Assembly: GCA_040756765.1 (NCBI GenBank) | Contig: JBFLYG010000032.1 | Span: forward strand, 21,227 to 85,226 | Length of the DNA stretch: 64,000 nucleotides | From: Pseudomonadota bacterium | GTDB lineage: Bacteria > Pseudomonadota > Alphaproteobacteria > Rhizobiales > Xanthobacteraceae | Direction of reading: 5' to 3' | In this document: piece after piece, positions 12,160 to 22,020 of the stretch | Position numbering within the stretch: position 1 is the first letter of the stretch | Layout of the letters: the number at the start of each line of letters is the position of its first letter | Made by a program: the position numbers and the translations under genes | The notes under the pieces: generated by a model | What the model saw: only the letters and a program-made list of their open reading frames with translations | Told to the model about the DNA's origin: nothing | Databases searched by the model: none

Positions 12160-12418
12160 GAGCCTGCTTTCAAACTCGGTGGCTTTAGGGCGGCGAACGC
12201 TCTTCGTCCCAAGGCGCATTTTACAAAAACGCTTCCAGAGAACGCTCAACCGGAAAAGGCCGGAAAACGACCTTCGGTCAGGGGCCAGCGAGCAATGCAA
12301 GCTGGGCTGAAATGTGACCGAGTTCCCAGAAACGTTCCAACGCCGCGGACGGTTCCGGCGCTATATACTGGCTTTTGCTCCGGCAAAAAACCCTTGAATT
12401 TCAAAATCGCAGGTTCCC

Positions 12419-13150
12419 ATGACGCCCGACGCCGACTTCGATCCCGCTGAGCTCGCCCGCAGCCTGCTGCGCCGCAGCCGCCAGGGCGCGCTGGCGACCT
12501 TGATGGCCGGGTCCGGCGATCCCTATTGCTCGCTGGTCAATGTCGCGAGCGCGCCGGACGGGGCGCCGATCCTGCTGATCTCGCGCCTCGCCCTGCACAC
12601 CCGCAACCTCCTGGCGGACCCGCGGGTATCGCTGATGCTGGACGAGCGACGGGCCGGTGATCCGCTGGAAGGATCGCGCATCATGGCCGGCGGCGTCGCC
12701 GAGGCCGCCGATGAGATGACGGCCGACGCCCTGCGACGACGCTACCTTGCCGCCCATCCGTCTGCGGAAGCCTTTGTCAATTTTAAGGATTTTTCATTCT
12801 TCACGATCCGGATCGCGGCCGTGCATCTGGTCGCCGGCTTCGGGCGGATCGTCGATCTCGCCCCGTCACAGGTGTTGACGGACCTCGCCGGTGCGGACGC
12901 CCTGCTGGCTGCCGAGGAGGATATTCTCAGCCACATGAATGCCGATCATCGCGAGACCATGTCGCTGTACGCCAGCCGCCTGCTCGGCGCCGCGGCGGGG
13001 GACTGGCGCTGTGTCGGCTGCGATCCGGAAGGCATGGATCTGCAGCAGGAGCAGCAGGTGCTGCGTCTTTCGTTTCCGCGGCGGATCGTCGCGCCTGACG
13101 ACCTGCGCCGAGTCTTGAAGGAACTCGCCGAGCGCGCCAGAGCGGCGTGA
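12419..13150 (+). CDS. HugZ-family / pyridoxamine 5'-phosphate oxidase-like protein with DUF2470
   Basis: 243 aa. N-terminal PNPOx-like split-barrel region (GALATL...PYCSLVNVA) and C-terminal DUF2470-like region. Confidence 0.65.
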   Translation: MTPDADFDPAELARSLLRRSRQGALATLMAGSGDPYCSLVNVASAPDGAPILLISRLALHTRNLLADPRVSLMLDERRAGDPLEGSRIMAGGVAEAADEMTADALRRRYLAAHPSAEAFVNFKDFSFFTIRIAAVHLVAGFGRIVDLAPSQVLTDLAGADALLAAEEDILSHMNADHRETMSLYASRLLGAAAGDWRCVGCDPEGMDLQQEQQVLRLSFPRRIVAPDDLRRVLKELAERARAA

Positions 13151-13416
13151 TGCCGTTCCGACCAGATTTTGTGCCGGTTTGGAACCGGCATGATGGCTGG
13201 CACATCACGGCCTCCGCAGGATGGTGCAGATTCCGCAATGCATCATGTTTTTCCGGGCTTTGAATAAACCAAATTGATCCGGATCGGCTTGGCAACCCAC
13301 GTGTTGAGCACTATTAGATCGCGGATTGGAGCCGACCGTCATCATTCGGTCACCGCGGCCAGAGGGGTGTCAGGCGCTGCGCGTCAGGCGATTCGCGGGT
13401 TCAAGGAGGACTTTCA

Positions 13417-15030
13417 GTGCAAGAGACTGGCGTACACAACGGCGCGTATGGCGCCGACAAATTCGGTTTCAAGAACCTCAAGGGTGTGAACTGGAATCTG
13501 GGTACGCCTGCGCTCTATGAACACGCGCTTCGCAACGGCGAAGCTGAACTGACCGCTGACGGCGCGCTGTGCGCGGAGACCGGCGTGTTCACCGGCCGCA
13601 GCCCGAAGGACAAGTTCACGGTGCGTGACGCCACCACCGAGAACACCGTGTGGTGGGCCGGCAACCAGTCGATCACCTCGGAGCAGTTCGAGGCGCTGTA
13701 CCAGGACTTCCTCAAGCACGCCGAAGGCATGTCGCTGTTCGCGCAGGACCTGTACGGCGGCGCCGATCCGGACTTCCGCATCAAGACGCGCGTCTACACC
13801 GAGCTCGCCTGGCACTCGCTGTTCATTCGCACCCTGCTGATTCGCCCCAAGGCCTCCGAGCTCGCGGCCTTCACGCCCGAACTGACCATCGTCGATCTGC
13901 CGAGCTTCAAGGCCGATCCGAAACGTCACGGCGTGCGCTCCGAGAACGTGGTGGCCATCGATTTCGCCCGCAAGATCGTCCTGATCGGCGGGTCTTATTA
14001 TGCCGGCGAGATGAAGAAGTCGGTGTTCACGACGCTGAACTACTACCTGCCGGCGCAGGGCGTGATGCCGATGCACTGCTCGGCGAACGTCGGCCCCGCC
14101 GGTGACACCGCGATCTTCTTCGGCCTGTCCGGCACCGGCAAGACGACGCTGTCGGCGGATCCGAAGCGCACGCTGATCGGCGACGACGAGCATGGCTGGG
14201 GCGCGAGCGGCGTCTTCAATTTCGAGGGCGGCTGCTACGCCAAGTGCATCAAGCTGTCGGAGGAAGCCGAGCCCGCGATCTACGCCGCGAGCAAGCGTTT
14301 CGGCACGGTGCTCGAGAACGTGGTGTTCGATCCGGTCACCCGCGTGGTCGATTTCGACGACGGCTCCAAGACCGAGAACACCCGCTCGGCCTATCCGCTC
14401 GACTTCATCCCGAATGCCTCGGAGACCGGCCGTGCCGGCCAGCCGAAGAACCTCGTGATGCTTGCCGCCGACGCGTTCGGCGTGATGCCGCCGATCGCCA
14501 AGTTGACCCCGGCGCAGGCGATGTACCACTTCCTCTCCGGCTATACCGCGAAGGTCGCCGGCACCGAGCGCGGCGTGACCGAGCCGGAGCCCGAGTTCTC
14601 GACCTGCTTCGGCGCGCCGTTCCTGCCGCGCGATCCCAGCGAGTATGGCAACCTGCTGCGCGAATTGATCGCCAAGCACAATGTCGACTGCTGGCTGGTC
14701 AACACCGGCTGGACCGGCGGCAAGTACGGCGTCGGCAGCCGCATGCCGATCAAGGTGACCCGCGCGCTGCTGACCGCGGCGCTCAACGGTTCGCTGCGCA
14801 ACGCCGAGTTCCGCACCGACAAGTATTTCGGCTTCGCGGTGCCGACCGCGCTGGACGGCGTTCCCAGCGAGATCCTCGATCCGGTCAACACCTGGAAGGA
14901 CAAGGCCGAGTTCGACAAGACCGCGCGCAACCTCGTCGCCATGTTCCAGAAGAACTTCGCCAAGTTCGAGGCCAAGGTCGACGCCGACGTCCGCGCCGCC
15001 GCGCCGGACGTCAAGATCGCGGCCGAGTAA
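13417..15030 (+). CDS. pckA: phosphoenolpyruvate carboxykinase (ATP)
   Basis: 537 aa with GTG start preceded by AAGGAGG. Kinase-1a motif GLSGTGKTT. Divergent from chvI, as in other rhizobia. Confidence 0.95.
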   Translation: MQETGVHNGAYGADKFGFKNLKGVNWNLGTPALYEHALRNGEAELTADGALCAETGVFTGRSPKDKFTVRDATTENTVWWAGNQSITSEQFEALYQDFLKHAEGMSLFAQDLYGGADPDFRIKTRVYTELAWHSLFIRTLLIRPKASELAAFTPELTIVDLPSFKADPKRHGVRSENVVAIDFARKIVLIGGSYYAGEMKKSVFTTLNYYLPAQGVMPMHCSANVGPAGDTAIFFGLSGTGKTTLSADPKRTLIGDDEHGWGASGVFNFEGGCYAKCIKLSEEAEPAIYAASKRFGTVLENVVFDPVTRVVDFDDGSKTENTRSAYPLDFIPNASETGRAGQPKNLVMLAADAFGVMPPIAKLTPAQAMYHFLSGYTAKVAGTERGVTEPEPEFSTCFGAPFLPRDPSEYGNLLRELIAKHNVDCWLVNTGWTGGKYGVGSRMPIKVTRALLTAALNGSLRNAEFRTDKYFGFAVPTALDGVPSEILDPVNTWKDKAEFDKTARNLVAMFQKNFAKFEAKVDADVRAAAPDVKIAAE

Positions 15031-15053
15031 GCCCGCGCGTCATCCTGAATTGT

Positions 15054-15085
15054 AAAAGGGCGGCCCATCGGGCCGCCCTTTTTTC
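15054..15085. terminator. rho-independent terminator between pckA and ampR (usable in both directions)
   Basis: AAAAGGGCGGCCCATCGGGCCGCCCTTTTTT: GC-rich stem flanked by an A-run and a T-run. Confidence 0.7.
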
Positions 15086-15115
15086 ATGGCCTTGCGCATG
15101 CGTCGCCGCGCGGTG

Positions 15116-15997
15116 TCAGGCGTGCTTCTCCGCGCCGGCCTCGCCGATCAGCCAGTCCTTGAACGCCAGCATCGCCGGCGTCTGCCGCTTCGAGCGCAGC
15201 GACGTCAGCCAGTAGTCGCCGGTGTGGATGTCGGTCTTGAACAGCCGCACCAGGCGCTCCTGGCGCAGATGATCGGCGAACATGCTGGGCGGCAGCAGCG
15301 CGACGCCGGCACCGCGTGCGGCGACCTCTGCCATGATGATCGAGGAATCGAACATCGCGCCCTTGAGCGTCGGGCAGACGAGGCCGGCGCTGGCGAACCA
15401 CAGCGGCCATTCGTCAGGGCGATAGGAGCGCAGCAGCACCTCGCGCTTGAGGTCCGACGGCCGGCGCAGGCGCTTGGCGATCCTTGGCGCGCACACCGGC
15501 GTCAGCGGCGCCGCGAACAGCCGCGTCGCTTCCGTGCCGTGCCAGGCGCCGTCGCCGAAGCGGATCGCGAAGTCGAGGCCTTCGCCGGCGATGTCGACGC
15601 GGTTGTTGTTGGTGAGGAGGCGCAGGTCGATGCGCGGGTTGGCCTTCTCGAATGCGGCGAGCCGCGGCAGCAGCCAGCCGCTCGCGAAGGTGCCGACCAC
15701 GCCGACGGTGACGACGTCGCGGAAATAGCCGCCTTCGAAGCGGTCGAGGGTTGCGCGGATGCGATCGAACGAATCCGCGATTGCCGGCAGCAGTGCCTGG
15801 CCCTCGTCGGTGAGCGCAAGCCCGCGCGGCAGGCGGCGAAACAGCTGCACGCCCAGGAGATCCTCGAGGCTCTTGACCTGATGGCTGACGGCGGCCTGCG
15901 TGACGCGCAATTCGAGGCCGGCGCGGGTGAAGCTGAGCTGCCGGGCCGCGGCTTCGAACGCGCGCAGCGCATTGAGCGGCAGGTGAGATGAGCGCAT
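15116..15997 (-). CDS. ampR: LysR-family transcriptional regulator, AmpR-type
   Basis: N-terminus MRSSHLPLNALRAFEAAARQLSFTRAG matches the AmpR/GcvA HTH signature. Divergently transcribed from the class A beta-lactamase. Confidence 0.8.
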   Translation of the reverse strand: MRSSHLPLNALRAFEAAARQLSFTRAGLELRVTQAAVSHQVKSLEDLLGVQLFRRLPRGLALTDEGQALLPAIADSFDRIRATLDRFEGGYFRDVVTVGVVGTFASGWLLPRLAAFEKANPRIDLRLLTNNNRVDIAGEGLDFAIRFGDGAWHGTEATRLFAAPLTPVCAPRIAKRLRRPSDLKREVLLRSYRPDEWPLWFASAGLVCPTLKGAMFDSSIIMAEVAARGAGVALLPPSMFADHLRQERLVRLFKTDIHTGDYWLTSLRSKRQTPAMLAFKDWLIGEAGAEKHA

Positions 15998-16101
15998 GTA
16001 AAGACCCAAATTTTTCTAATGTCTCCTCCGATGATTGATCGTTTGTCAAGTGTGGCCGGCGCGACCAAGTTGCCGCCACCGAACGAACGGGGATTCGAAA
16101 G

Positions 16102-16989
16102 ATGTTGACGAGGCGATTTGTGGTGGCGGCGGGCCTGGCTGCGGCAGGTTCCACCGCGCTGGCCGGGGCGCGCAGCGCGCGCGCCGCGGGTTCCGCGGTG
16201 GAGCAATTCACGGCGGAGCTGAAGGTGCTGGAGGCCGACAGCGGCGGCCGGCTCGGCGTCGCGGTGGTCGACACCGCCGGCGGCGCGCCGTTCGGCCAGC
16301 GCCTCGATGAGCGCTTTGCGATGTGCAGCACATTCAAGCTGCTGTTGGCGGGGGCCGTTCTCGCCCGCGTCGACGCCGGCAAGGAACAGCTTGCGCGCCG
16401 CATCAGGTTCGGCCGCGGCGATCTCGTGCCGTTCTCGCCGGTGACCAAGGAGATGATCGATGGCGATGGATTGTCGGTCGCCGACCTGTGTCACGCCGCG
16501 GTGACCCGCAGCGACAACACCGCCGCCAATCTCCTGCTGGCGAGCCTCGGTGGGCCATCGGCGATCACGGCGTTGGCCCGCGGCCTCGGCGACCAGGTGA
16601 CGCGGCTCGACCGCATCGAGCCGGAACTCAATGGCGGCAAGCGCGGCGACGAGCGCGACACCACGTCGCCGCGCGCCATGGCGCATTGCGTTCAGGCGCT
16701 GACGCTCGGCAATGCGCTGCAGGCTGCATCGCGTGATCAGCTCGTGGCATGGCTGCGCGCCAACGCCACCGGCGACATGCGCCTGAGGGCCGGCATGCCC
16801 GCGGGCTGGCGCGTCGGCGACAAGACGGGGACGGGCGACAACGGCACCGCCAACGACGTCGCGGTGATCTGGCCGCCGAACCGCGCTCCGGTCATCGTCG
16901 CGGTCTATCTCACCGAGGCGCAGGAAAAGAAGCTGAACGCCACCATCGCGGCGGTCGGCCGCGCGGCGGTGTCGGCGCTCGGCGGTTAG
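16102..16989 (+). CDS. bla: class A beta-lactamase with twin-arginine signal peptide
   Basis: Motifs S-T-F-K (SxxK), SDN, E-P-E-L-N (omega-loop Glu) and KTG are all present. N-terminus MLTRRFVVAAGLAAAG is Tat-type. Confidence 0.9.
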   Translation: MLTRRFVVAAGLAAAGSTALAGARSARAAGSAVEQFTAELKVLEADSGGRLGVAVVDTAGGAPFGQRLDERFAMCSTFKLLLAGAVLARVDAGKEQLARRIRFGRGDLVPFSPVTKEMIDGDGLSVADLCHAAVTRSDNTAANLLLASLGGPSAITALARGLGDQVTRLDRIEPELNGGKRGDERDTTSPRAMAHCVQALTLGNALQAASRDQLVAWLRANATGDMRLRAGMPAGWRVGDKTGTGDNGTANDVAVIWPPNRAPVIVAVYLTEAQEKKLNATIAAVGRAAVSALGG

Positions 16990-17091
16990 CGCCCCGGTGC
17001 CGGAGTGCGGGTGTGCGGTGGGGGCGGCCTGATCGGCCGCCCTTTGTCGACGGCCGCGGCCGCGTTTTCTCCAGCATATGGCGCTTGACTT

Positions 17092-17111
17092 TAATACGTA
17101 CGTACGTATTA
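17092..17111. promoter_or_regulatory. perfect 20-bp palindrome (TAATACGTACGTACGTATTA) overlapping a sigma70-like promoter; putative TetR operator
   Basis: The palindrome is exact. TTGACT (17085-17090) and TATTAT (17107-17112) with 16-bp spacing sit immediately upstream of the tetR start at 17115/17121, implying a leaderless or near-leaderless transcript. Confidence 0.55.
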
Positions 17112-17114
17112 TAT

Positions 17115-17714
17115 ATGCCCATGGCAAAAGCATCCCTCAAGCAGCAGATCCTCGAAGCCGGCCACGACCTGATCTGGGCCGGCGGCTATGCAGCAACCGG
17201 CGTCCGCGACATCGTCGCGGCCGCGAAAGCGCCCCAGGGGTCCTTCACCAACCACTTCCGGTCGAAGGAAGACTTCGCGCTGGAGGTGCTCGACCGCTAC
17301 TTCGCCTATGTGCAGGGCCTCGTCGCCGAGGCGCTCGGCGACACCACCCGGCCGCCGACCGTGCGGCTCAAGCGCTACCTCGATCTCATCACCACCAAGC
17401 TCGCCGAGGCCGACTTCGCGCGCGGCTGCCTGATCGGCAACTTCAGCCTGGAGACCTCCGGCACCAGCGAGCGGCTGCGCGAGCGTCTGTCGGACATCTT
17501 CGTGCAGTGGCGCCAGCCCTTCGCAACCTGCATCGCCGAGGCGCAGGCCGCGGGCGAGATCACCGATGCCTTCCCGGCCGACGATCTCGCCGATTTCCTT
17601 CTCGCCTCATGGCAAGGCGCGATGCTGCGCATGAAAGTCGAGCGCAGTCCCGCGCCGCTCGAACGCTTCAAGACCATCGCTCTCGCAACCGTCTTCGGAA
17701 AGGCAAAGCCATGA
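17115..17714 (+). CDS. TetR-family transcriptional regulator
   Basis: Start MPMAKASLKQQIL... (in frame within ORF 16749..17714). TetR HTH (AGGYAATGVRDIVAAAKAPQGSFTNHF). Its stop overlaps the dehalogenase start (ATGA). Confidence 0.85.
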   Translation: MPMAKASLKQQILEAGHDLIWAGGYAATGVRDIVAAAKAPQGSFTNHFRSKEDFALEVLDRYFAYVQGLVAEALGDTTRPPTVRLKRYLDLITTKLAEADFARGCLIGNFSLETSGTSERLRERLSDIFVQWRQPFATCIAEAQAAGEITDAFPADDLADFLLASWQGAMLRMKVERSPAPLERFKTIALATVFGKAKP

Positions 17715-18616
17715 CTGTGACGACCCTGCCGCGTCCTGCTGCGCACCGGACGCCTGTTCTGGATTCGATGATGGCCTACACGTCCGCCGGCACGGAGGGA
17801 TCGACCATCGTCTTCCTCCACGGCAACCCGACGTCCTCCTACATCTGGCGCAACATCATCCCGCATGTCGCGATGCAGGCGCGCTGCATCGCGCCGGATC
17901 TCATCGGCTACGGCGGGTCCGGCAAGCCCGACATCGACTACAGCTTCGCTGATCAGGCGCGCTATCTCGATGCCTTTCTCGCCACGCTCGGTCTCACGAA
18001 TATCATTCTGGTCGCCCAGGACTGGGGCACTGCGCTCGCATTTCACTATGCCGCACGTCATCCGGATCGCGTCGCCGGTCTCGCCTTCATGGAGTTCATT
18101 CGTCCGTTCGCGCGCTGGGACCAGTTTCACCAGCGGCCGGAAGCGCGGGCGCTGTTCCAGGCCTTCCGCACGCCCGGCAAGGGCGAGCAACTGGTGCTGC
18201 ACGACAACGTCTTCATCGAGCGCGTGCTGCCGAACTCGGTGCTGCGCAAGCTGAGCGACGAAGAAATGAGCGCCTACCGCGCGCCATTCCCGACGCCTAA
18301 GTCGCGCAAGCCGATTTTGAAACTCCCCAACGAGCTGCCGATCGAAGGCCAGCCGGTGGTGGTGCACGATGCGCTCACCGCGGCCCATGCCGCGCTGGCC
18401 GCCTCGCGTTATCCGAAGGTGCTGTTCTCGGTGACGCCCGGCGCGCTGGTGTCGCCGGCGGATGCGCAGGAGTTCGCGGCGAAGCTGCATGACTGCGAGC
18501 TGATCGAGCTCGGCGCCGGCGCGCACTATCTGCAGGAAGACCACGCCGATGCGATCGGCCGGTCGATTGCGGACTGGGTCGCGCGGCGTTTCCGGTCGCG
18601 CGCGCAAGCCGCCTGA
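17711..18616 (+). CDS. haloalkane dehalogenase (HLD-II subfamily, DbjA/DhaA-like alpha/beta hydrolase)
   Basis: Start MTVTTLPRP... HGNPTSSYIWRNI, nucleophile in VAQDWGTALAF and C-terminal GAHYLQEDHADAIG closely match Bradyrhizobium DbjA. Confidence 0.9.
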   Translation: MTVTTLPRPAAHRTPVLDSMMAYTSAGTEGSTIVFLHGNPTSSYIWRNIIPHVAMQARCIAPDLIGYGGSGKPDIDYSFADQARYLDAFLATLGLTNIILVAQDWGTALAFHYAARHPDRVAGLAFMEFIRPFARWDQFHQRPEARALFQAFRTPGKGEQLVLHDNVFIERVLPNSVLRKLSDEEMSAYRAPFPTPKSRKPILKLPNELPIEGQPVVVHDALTAAHAALAASRYPKVLFSVTPGALVSPADAQEFAAKLHDCELIELGAGAHYLQEDHADAIGRSIADWVARRFRSRAQAA

Positions 18617-18635
18617 CACCTTCATGGCATACATG

Positions 18636-18683
18636 GTGCGCCGGACACTCCGGCGCACCGTCGGCGGGCACGGCGTGCCCGCC
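18636..18683. terminator. two GC-rich hairpins between the convergent dehalogenase and ligD genes; putative intrinsic terminators without T-runs
   Basis: GTGCGCCGGACACTCCGGCGCAC (18636-18658) and GGCGGGCACGGCGTGCCCGCC (18664-18683) are inverted repeats. Confidence 0.35.
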
Positions 18684-18684
18684 G

Positions 18685-21561
18685 CTAGAGATACGCAGCG
18701 AGCGCGGCCTTGAGCGGCCGTGCCGCCTTGTCGTAGCCGGCCCATGCCTTGCCGGCGCCGATCAAGCCCGGCGCCGTCCGCACGGTGAAGCGTGCGGGAT
18801 CGAGCCCGGCCTTCACCTGGGCCCATGTCAGTGGCATCGACACGGTCGCGCCCGGGCGGGCACGGGGAGAGAGCGGAGCCACCGCGGTCGCCATCCGGTC
18901 GTTGCGCAGGTAGTCGAGAAAGATCCGGCCGTCGCGCAGCTTCTTCGCCATATTGATGAGATAGAGCTGCGGGCTGTCGTCGGCCATCTGCCGGCAGATC
19001 GCCTGGGCGAACGCCTTGGCCTCCTGCCAGGTGGCGGCGTGGCGCTTGTCGTGCTTGAGCGGCGTGACCACGTGCAGGCCCTTGCCGCCGGTGGTCTTGC
19101 AGAAGCTTTCGAGGCCGACGGCGGCGAGGTGATCCTTTAGCTCACGGGCAGCGGCGATCACCCGCGCGAAGTCGACGTCGGGGCCGGGGTCGAGGTCGAA
19201 CACCAGCCGGCCCGGCACCTGCGGATCGCCGGGCGCGCCATTCCACGGATGCAGTTCCAGGCCCGCGGTCTGCGCCACCGCGATCAATCCTTCGAGGCTG
19301 TCGATCTGCAGATAGGGTTGCCGTTCGCCGGACACCCGGACGGCGGTCAAATGGGCCGACATGCCCCGGGTCGCGTGGCGCTGGAAGAACGTCTCGCCGC
19401 CGATGCCGTCGGGCGCGCGCACGATCGAGCAGGGGCGGCCGGCGATGTGCGGCAGCAGCCAGTCGCCGACCGTCTCCAGATAGCGCGCAAGGTCGTGCTT
19501 GGTGACAGGCGCGCCGTCGCCGCCATCGGGCCATAGCGCCTTGTCCGGCTTGGAGATGGTGATGCCCCTGATGACGACAGCGCCCTTGGCGCTTCGTATC
19601 GGGGCTGGGCGGGCCGCATTTGCATTGGCCGCGCGCTGTCCCGGCGTTGCCGGGCGGGACGCCGGAATGTCGGAGGCTTCGTCCACCACCTCGTCGGCGG
19701 GTTTGTCCAGCCGCAGCCCCTTGAACGCGCCCTGGCGCAGGTTGCGGCCCTCGGTCCAGCCGGCGAACGCGATCTCGGCGACCAGCGTCGGCGTCACCCA
19801 GTGCACGTCGCGCCCGCCGCGCGGCGCGTTCGCGCCTTCGAACGGGCTGCTGCGCGCGGCCGCGGCCTTGAGCGCAGGCAGCAGCGTCCTCAGCACATCC
19901 TTGCCGTAGCCGGTGCCGACGAGGCCGATGTATTCAAGGCGCCCATCGCGGTGCATGCCGACCATCAGCGAGCGAAACTTGCCGCCGGTGGTCTTCCAGC
20001 CCCCGATCACCACCTCCTGGCCCAGGCGGGTCTTGGCCTTGGTCCAGCTGTCCGCGCGGCCAGACCGATAGGCGGCGTCGGCGCGTTTGGAGATCACGCC
20101 CTCGAAGTCCTGCCGCTGTGCCGCCTCCAGCATCGACGCGCCGTCCACGTCGAAGTGCTCGACATAGCGGATGACCTTGCGGGCGGCGGCGGATTGGGAC
20201 GCGATCACCTCCTTGAGGCGGGCCTTGCGCGCCAGCAGCGGCTGTTGCCGCAGGTCGAGGCCATCGCTGAACAACAGGTCGAAGGCGAGGAAGACGAGCT
20301 TGCCGTCCCGGCCCTCGGCCAGCGCGGCCTGCAGCGCCGAGAAATCCGGTTTGCCGTCGTCATCCAGCGCCACCACTTCGCCGTCGATGATGGCATTGGG
20401 CAGCTTTTGTGCGCGCTCGGCGATCGCAGGAAACCTGTCGCGCCAGTCGAGGCCCTTGCGCGTCAGCAGCGCGACGCGGCCATCCTCGATGCGCAGCTGG
20501 ATGCGGTAGCCGTCGAACTTGATCTCGTGCACCCAGCCTGCTCCGGAGGGCGGATGATCGACAGCCTTGCAGAGCTGCGGATGGACGAACGCCGGCATCG
20601 CGGCGGCTTTTGCCTGGCCGGCCGGCGTTGCATGGCGCGACGGGCCGCGCTGCTTCGGCGCTGCGTCCGATGCGCGGATCTGCGCGGCGAGGCCCTGGCG
20701 CGAATCCCACACCGCATCCGCACGCATGACGGCCTTCGTCAGCATGAAAGGCCTCGGCCCTTCGCCGACGCCCCCGGCGATCTCGGACATGGTTCGGCCT
20801 GAGGCGACGGAGCGATCCTGCGCCAGCAACGCGTCGCCGTCGCCGACCCTGGCATAGGCGTCACGATGCTTGATCAGCAGCCAGTTGGTGCGGTTGCCGC
20901 CGCCGCGGTCGTGCTTCATCCGCACCAGCACCCATTCGCCCTGCAGCTTCTCGCCGGCGAGCGCGAACTTCAGGTCGCCCTTGGCGAGACCGCGGTGAGG
21001 ATCATGCGACAGCCAGTAGCCGCGGTCCCAGATCTGCACCGTGCCGCCGCCATACTGACGCTCGGGAATGGTGCCTTCGAAGTCGCCATAGTCGAGCGGA
21101 TGGTCCTCGACCTCGACGGCGAGCCGCTTGTCGTGGGGGTCGAGCGAGGGGCCACGCGTCACCGCCCAGGACTTGAACACGCCGTCGAGCTCGAGCCGCA
21201 GATCATAGTGCAGCCGTGTAGCGTCGTGCTTCTGCACCACGAAGCGCAGCTGCGGCGCGGGGGCGATGCGCACGTCGCCGCGCGGTTCGGCGGTTCGGTT
21301 GAAATCGCGCTTGGCGCGATAGGTGGAGAGCTTTGGGTCCGCAGGCTTGCGGGCCCGTGAGGTAGTGGCGTCGTCCCTGCGCAAGACCGCCCTTTTTTTG
21401 GAGGCCGGCGTCGCTGTTCTCGCAGCCTTCGCGGAAGCCCGCTTCCGTGCAGCCAAGATCCACCTTCGCTTTCGCTCGCCTTCTAGTAGGGCGGCCGGAC
21501 CGCTGAGCGGAAGAGTATCGCGCGGTTCCGGCGAGATTTTTGTTTCCTGGTATTTCTGCAC
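18685..21561 (-). CDS. ligD: ATP-dependent DNA ligase D (phosphoesterase, ligase and polymerase/primase domains) for non-homologous end joining
   Basis: 958 aa. PE-domain motif [10 protein letters not shown] near the N-terminus, a central ATP-dependent ligase domain, and a C-terminal LigD polymerase domain. A Lys/Arg/Ala-rich ~75-aa N-terminal extension means the start is uncertain. Confidence 0.88.
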   Translation of the reverse strand: MQKYQETKISPEPRDTLPLSGPAALLEGERKRRWILAARKRASAKAARTATPASKKRAVLRRDDATTSRARKPADPKLSTYRAKRDFNRTAEPRGDVRIAPAPQLRFVVQKHDATRLHYDLRLELDGVFKSWAVTRGPSLDPHDKRLAVEVEDHPLDYGDFEGTIPERQYGGGTVQIWDRGYWLSHDPHRGLAKGDLKFALAGEKLQGEWVLVRMKHDRGGGNRTNWLLIKHRDAYARVGDGDALLAQDRSVASGRTMSEIAGGVGEGPRPFMLTKAVMRADAVWDSRQGLAAQIRASDAAPKQRGPSRHATPAGQAKAAAMPAFVHPQLCKAVDHPPSGAGWVHEIKFDGYRIQLRIEDGRVALLTRKGLDWRDRFPAIAERAQKLPNAIIDGEVVALDDDGKPDFSALQAALAEGRDGKLVFLAFDLLFSDGLDLRQQPLLARKARLKEVIASQSAAARKVIRYVEHFDVDGASMLEAAQRQDFEGVISKRADAAYRSGRADSWTKAKTRLGQEVVIGGWKTTGGKFRSLMVGMHRDGRLEYIGLVGTGYGKDVLRTLLPALKAAAARSSPFEGANAPRGGRDVHWVTPTLVAEIAFAGWTEGRNLRQGAFKGLRLDKPADEVVDEASDIPASRPATPGQRAANANAARPAPIRSAKGAVVIRGITISKPDKALWPDGGDGAPVTKHDLARYLETVGDWLLPHIAGRPCSIVRAPDGIGGETFFQRHATRGMSAHLTAVRVSGERQPYLQIDSLEGLIAVAQTAGLELHPWNGAPGDPQVPGRLVFDLDPGPDVDFARVIAAARELKDHLAAVGLESFCKTTGGKGLHVVTPLKHDKRHAATWQEAKAFAQAICRQMADDSPQLYLINMAKKLRDGRIFLDYLRNDRMATAVAPLSPRARPGATVSMPLTWAQVKAGLDPARFTVRTAPGLIGAGKAWAGYDKAARPLKAALAAYL

Positions 21562-21643
21562 GGCCCTTCGCGAGGCCGCAACAAGGTTTTGTTAACCACG
21601 CAGCGCCGTAATGGCGGCAACACGCGAGCAGCGAGGCGCGATC

Positions 21644-22009
21644 ATGTCGGACATCTACAGCATCCTCCAGTCGAGCTACGCCACCGCGTCATTCTCGCCG
21701 CCGTCGAACACGCCTTACGTTAATGTCGATCCGGCGGCCTATCAGGGCACCTGGAGCGGCACCTATTCGAACAACCAGAAGTTCTCGATCCAGGTTTCGA
21801 ACGTGAACGGCTTCCGCGCCCAGGTGAAGTATCAGAGCGGTGCGACCGTGAGCTATCAGAACGTTCTGATCAAGGACAGTTCGTTCCGGATCGGCGACAC
21901 CAAGTTCACGCTGGCGCAGCAGGGGAAGGCGCAGATCCGGACCGCGGTGACCAGCGCGGTCGACGGCAGCGTGTCATTGATCACGGCGATGGCGTCGCAG
22001 AACGGCTGA
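21644..22009 (+). CDS. hypothetical small protein (121 aa), Ser/Thr/Gln/Tyr-rich and predicted beta-rich
   Basis: ORF 21611..22009, with start MSDIYSILQ... preferred. No signal peptide. GC content (~58%) is lower than its neighbours, but GC3-biased codon usage is retained. Confidence 0.5.
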   Translation: MSDIYSILQSSYATASFSPPSNTPYVNVDPAAYQGTWSGTYSNNQKFSIQVSNVNGFRAQVKYQSGATVSYQNVLIKDSSFRIGDTKFTLAQQGKAQIRTAVTSAVDGSVSLITAMASQNG

Positions 22010-22020
22010 ACGCGGCTCGA

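Noticed and set aside
13151-13416. Palindrome TGCCGGTTTGGAACCGGCA just after the HugZ-like gene, as a regulator binding site
   Set aside because: Best explained as a terminator-type hairpin following the stop codon. No second copy in the window.
16010-16101. Explicit AmpR-binding box in the ampR-bla intergenic region
   Set aside because: A T-N11-A LysR-type motif cannot be assigned confidently by eye. The region is left as an unannotated divergent promoter.
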